Below, piece after piece: positions 61,823 through 64,000 of a stretch of 64,000 nucleotides of DNA. A model generated the notes under the pieces. The model ran no database searches and had not been told where the DNA came from. It saw only the letters and a list, made by a program, of their open reading frames with translations. The position numbers and the translations under genes are program-made. Within the stretch, counting starts at the first letter, position 1. The number at the start of each line of letters is the position of its first letter. The stretch is from Cyanobacteria bacterium P01_A01_bin.123. Lineage in GTDB: Bacteria > Cyanobacteriota > Cyanobacteriia > Phormidesmidales > Phormidesmidaceae. Location of the stretch: contig JBCBZT010000001.1 in NCBI GenBank assembly GCA_039815185.1, positions 1-64,000 on the forward strand, read 5' to 3'.

Positions 61823-64000
61823 ATGGGTAAAGTAGTCGGCATTGACTTAGGCACCACCAACTCAGTGGTTGCTGTGATCGAAGGGGGGAAGCCCGTCGTC
61901 ATTGCCAATGCTGAAGGCATGAGAACAACACCGTCTGTGGTTGCCTTTAGCAAAGAAGGGGAAAGACTCGTCGGCCAGATGGCCCGACGGCAAGCGGTGC
62001 TGAATCCTCAAAATACCTTCTATGGCGTCAAGCGGTTTATGGGGCGCAAGTATGCCGAACTCAGCGCTGAGTCCAAGCAGGTGCCCTACACAATTCGTCG
62101 CGACGAAGGGGGCGGCGTTCGAGTCAGGTGTCCTCGCTTGGAAAAAGACTTTGCGCCGGAAGAAGTTTCTGCCATGATTTTGCGGAAGCTGGCCGATGAA
62201 GCCAGCCGCTATTTGGGGCAGCCGGTGAGTGGGGCCGTGATTACGGTGCCGGCCTATTTTGACGATGCCCAGCGGCAGGCAACCCGTGATGCTGGTCGGA
62301 TTGCAGGCTTAGATGTCAAGCGTATTTTAAATGAACCAACATCGGCAGCGTTAGCCTACGGTCTCGATCAGCAATTTAGCCAAACTATTTTGGTATTTGA
62401 CTTGGGTGGCGGCACCTTTGATGTGTCGCTGCTGGAGGTTGGAGACGGCGTATTCGAGGTCAAAGCTACCAGCGGGGATACCCAACTGGGGGGCACCAAC
62501 TTTGATCAAAAGATTGTGAATTGGTTGGCAGAGCAGTTTTTAGAAGCGGAGGGGATTGATCTGCGACGCGATCGCCAAGCTTTACAGCGCCTGACTGAAG
62601 CCGCAGAAAAGGCAAAGATTGAACTCTCTGGGGTAGCCGTCACCGAGATCAACCTACCGTTTATTACGGCGACAAAAGACGGACCAAAACATTTGGAAAC
62701 GCGACTGGAGCGATCGCAGTTTGAAGCCCTCTGTGGTGATTTGCTGAGTCGGCTGCGCGGGCCGCTGAAGCGAGCGTTTATGGATGCGGGGTTAACCCCG
62801 GCTCAAATCGATGAGGTCGTCCTAGTTGGCGGTGCCAGTCGCATGCCCATGGTGCAAAACCTAGTGCGAACGCTGATTAAGCGCGAACCCAACCAAAATG
62901 TTAATCCAGATGAAGTCGTGGCGGTGGGGGCTGCCATTCAGGCAGGGATCCTGACCCAAGAAGTTCAAGACATTTTACTCCTGGATGTCACACCACTATC
63001 CCTGGGACTTGAGACCATTGGTGGGGTGATGAAGAAGCTCATTCCCCGCAACACCACGATTCCTGTCCGGCGATCGGATATTTTTTCCACTTCCGAGAGC
63101 AACCAAACTGTGGTGGAAGTCCACGTTCTCCAGGGTGAGCGGGAAATGGCTGCCGATAATAAATCACTGGGGCGGTTCAAGCTGATGGGTATTCCCCCCG
63201 CGCCGCGAGGGGTACCTCAGGTTTTGGTATCTTTAGACATCGATGCCAACGGTATTTTGCAAGTATCGGCTCTAGATAAAACGACGGGTCGAGAGCAAAG
63301 CATCACCGTGCAAGGGGCTTCAAACCTGGATGATTTTGAAGTGGAGCGGATGATTCAAGAGGCGGAGGAATACGCCGATGATGATCGCTTACAGCGAGAA
63401 CGGGTAGAAAAACGGAATCGAGCTGAGGCATTGACCTTCCAAGCAGAACGAGTGCTGCGGGAAGTGGCGTTAGACTTTGGTATGCAGTTTGCCCGCGATC
63501 GCCGCCGTCGGATCGAAACGCTGATTCAAGAACTACGGGATTATCTCGACCAGAGTGATGAGCGGGGGATTGATATCACCCAGGCTGATCTACAAGATGA
63601 AATCTATGAACTCAATCGGGAGGCTTACCTCTATGACGAAGATGATGAGGAAGAAGATCTCTTTAAGCAGATTGGCAGCAGTATAAAACGGACTTTCTCT
63701 GGCGATCGCGATCGTGATTTTGCCGATGACTATAGTTATGGCGGCTCAGCTTATGGGGGTTCGTCCTACGGCGGATCCGCCTATGGTAATAGTCGTTGGG
63801 AAGATGATGATTGGGGGCTTGGTGATCGCAATCGTAACCGTCCTAGCGAACCCTACGATCGGCGTTACGAGAACCGTCAACCGCCCTATCGGGATGCGCC
63901 CAATCCTTACAACGATCGTCAACCGCCCTATCGAGACACACCCAATCCCTACAACGATCGTCAACCGCCCTATCGGGATGCGCCCAACCCCTACGACGAT
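61823..64000 (+). CDS. dnaK: Hsp70 chaperone DnaK (DnaK3-like, long C-terminal tail); 3' end beyond window
   Basis: [60 protein letters not shown]. Confidence 0.96.
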   Translation, partial: MGKVVGIDLGTTNSVVAVIEGGKPVVIANAEGMRTTPSVVAFSKEGERLVGQMARRQAVLNPQNTFYGVKRFMGRKYAELSAESKQVPYTIRRDEGGGVRVRCPRLEKDFAPEEVSAMILRKLADEASRYLGQPVSGAVITVPAYFDDAQRQATRDAGRIAGLDVKRILNEPTSAALAYGLDQQFSQTILVFDLGGGTFDVSLLEVGDGVFEVKATSGDTQLGGTNFDQKIVNWLAEQFLEAEGIDLRRDRQALQRLTEAAEKAKIELSGVAVTEINLPFITATKDGPKHLETRLERSQFEALCGDLLSRLRGPLKRAFMDAGLTPAQIDEVVLVGGASRMPMVQNLVRTLIKREPNQNVNPDEVVAVGAAIQAGILTQEVQDILLLDVTPLSLGLETIGGVMKKLIPRNTTIPVRRSDIFSTSESNQTVVEVHVLQGEREMAADNKSLGRFKLMGIPPAPRGVPQVLVSLDIDANGILQVSALDKTTGREQSITVQGASNLDDFEVERMIQEAEEYADDDRLQRERVEKRNRAEALTFQAERVLREVALDFGMQFARDRRRRIETLIQELRDYLDQSDERGIDITQADLQDEIYELNREAYLYDEDDEEEDLFKQIGSSIKRTFSGDRDRDFADDYSYGGSAYGGSSYGGSAYGNSRWEDDDWGLGDRNRNRPSEPYDRRYENRQPPYRDAPNPYNDRQPPYRDTPNPYNDRQPPYRDAPNPYDD
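63875..64000 (+). repeat. 42-bp tandem repeat x3, in frame in the dnaK tail
   Basis: Encodes RQPPYRD(A/T)PNPY(N/D)D three times. Confidence 0.9.

Overview
Chromosomal window from a cyanobacterium: the HIP1 octamer GCGATCGC is abundant and por and ggpS/gghA are present, so a halotolerant filamentous Leptolyngbya/Nodosilinea-like strain is likely (inference). The first ~36 kb is accessory. It holds a STAND-NTPase/WD40 gene running off the left edge, two small ORFs missed by the ORF track, and a sigma-like HTH / DUF1822 / CHAT-protease-CHASE2 receptor cassette. Further along are two glycosyltransferases, an orphan pstS, an RTX protein with a ~226-aa Pro-Glu tract, a Na/Pi symporter with a duplicated Pho-box-like element, a CuA-less heme-copper oxidase operon with two DUF2231 genes and a GMC oxidoreductase, and two large proteins sharing a near-identical C-terminal module. 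The last ~28 kb is mostly core: ggpS, gghA, dprA, por, gltA, sixA, alr, peroxiredoxins, nlpD-like, trmL, gshA, three tRNAs and a dnaK truncated by the right edge. At least four short dispersed repeat/MITE-like families occur. No CRISPR array, transposase or integrase was seen. The best candidate for an undescribed system is the CHAT-CHASE2 / DUF1822 / sigma-like cassette with its two downstream motif-sharing peptides. All domain calls come from motifs recognised by eye; no database searches were run.
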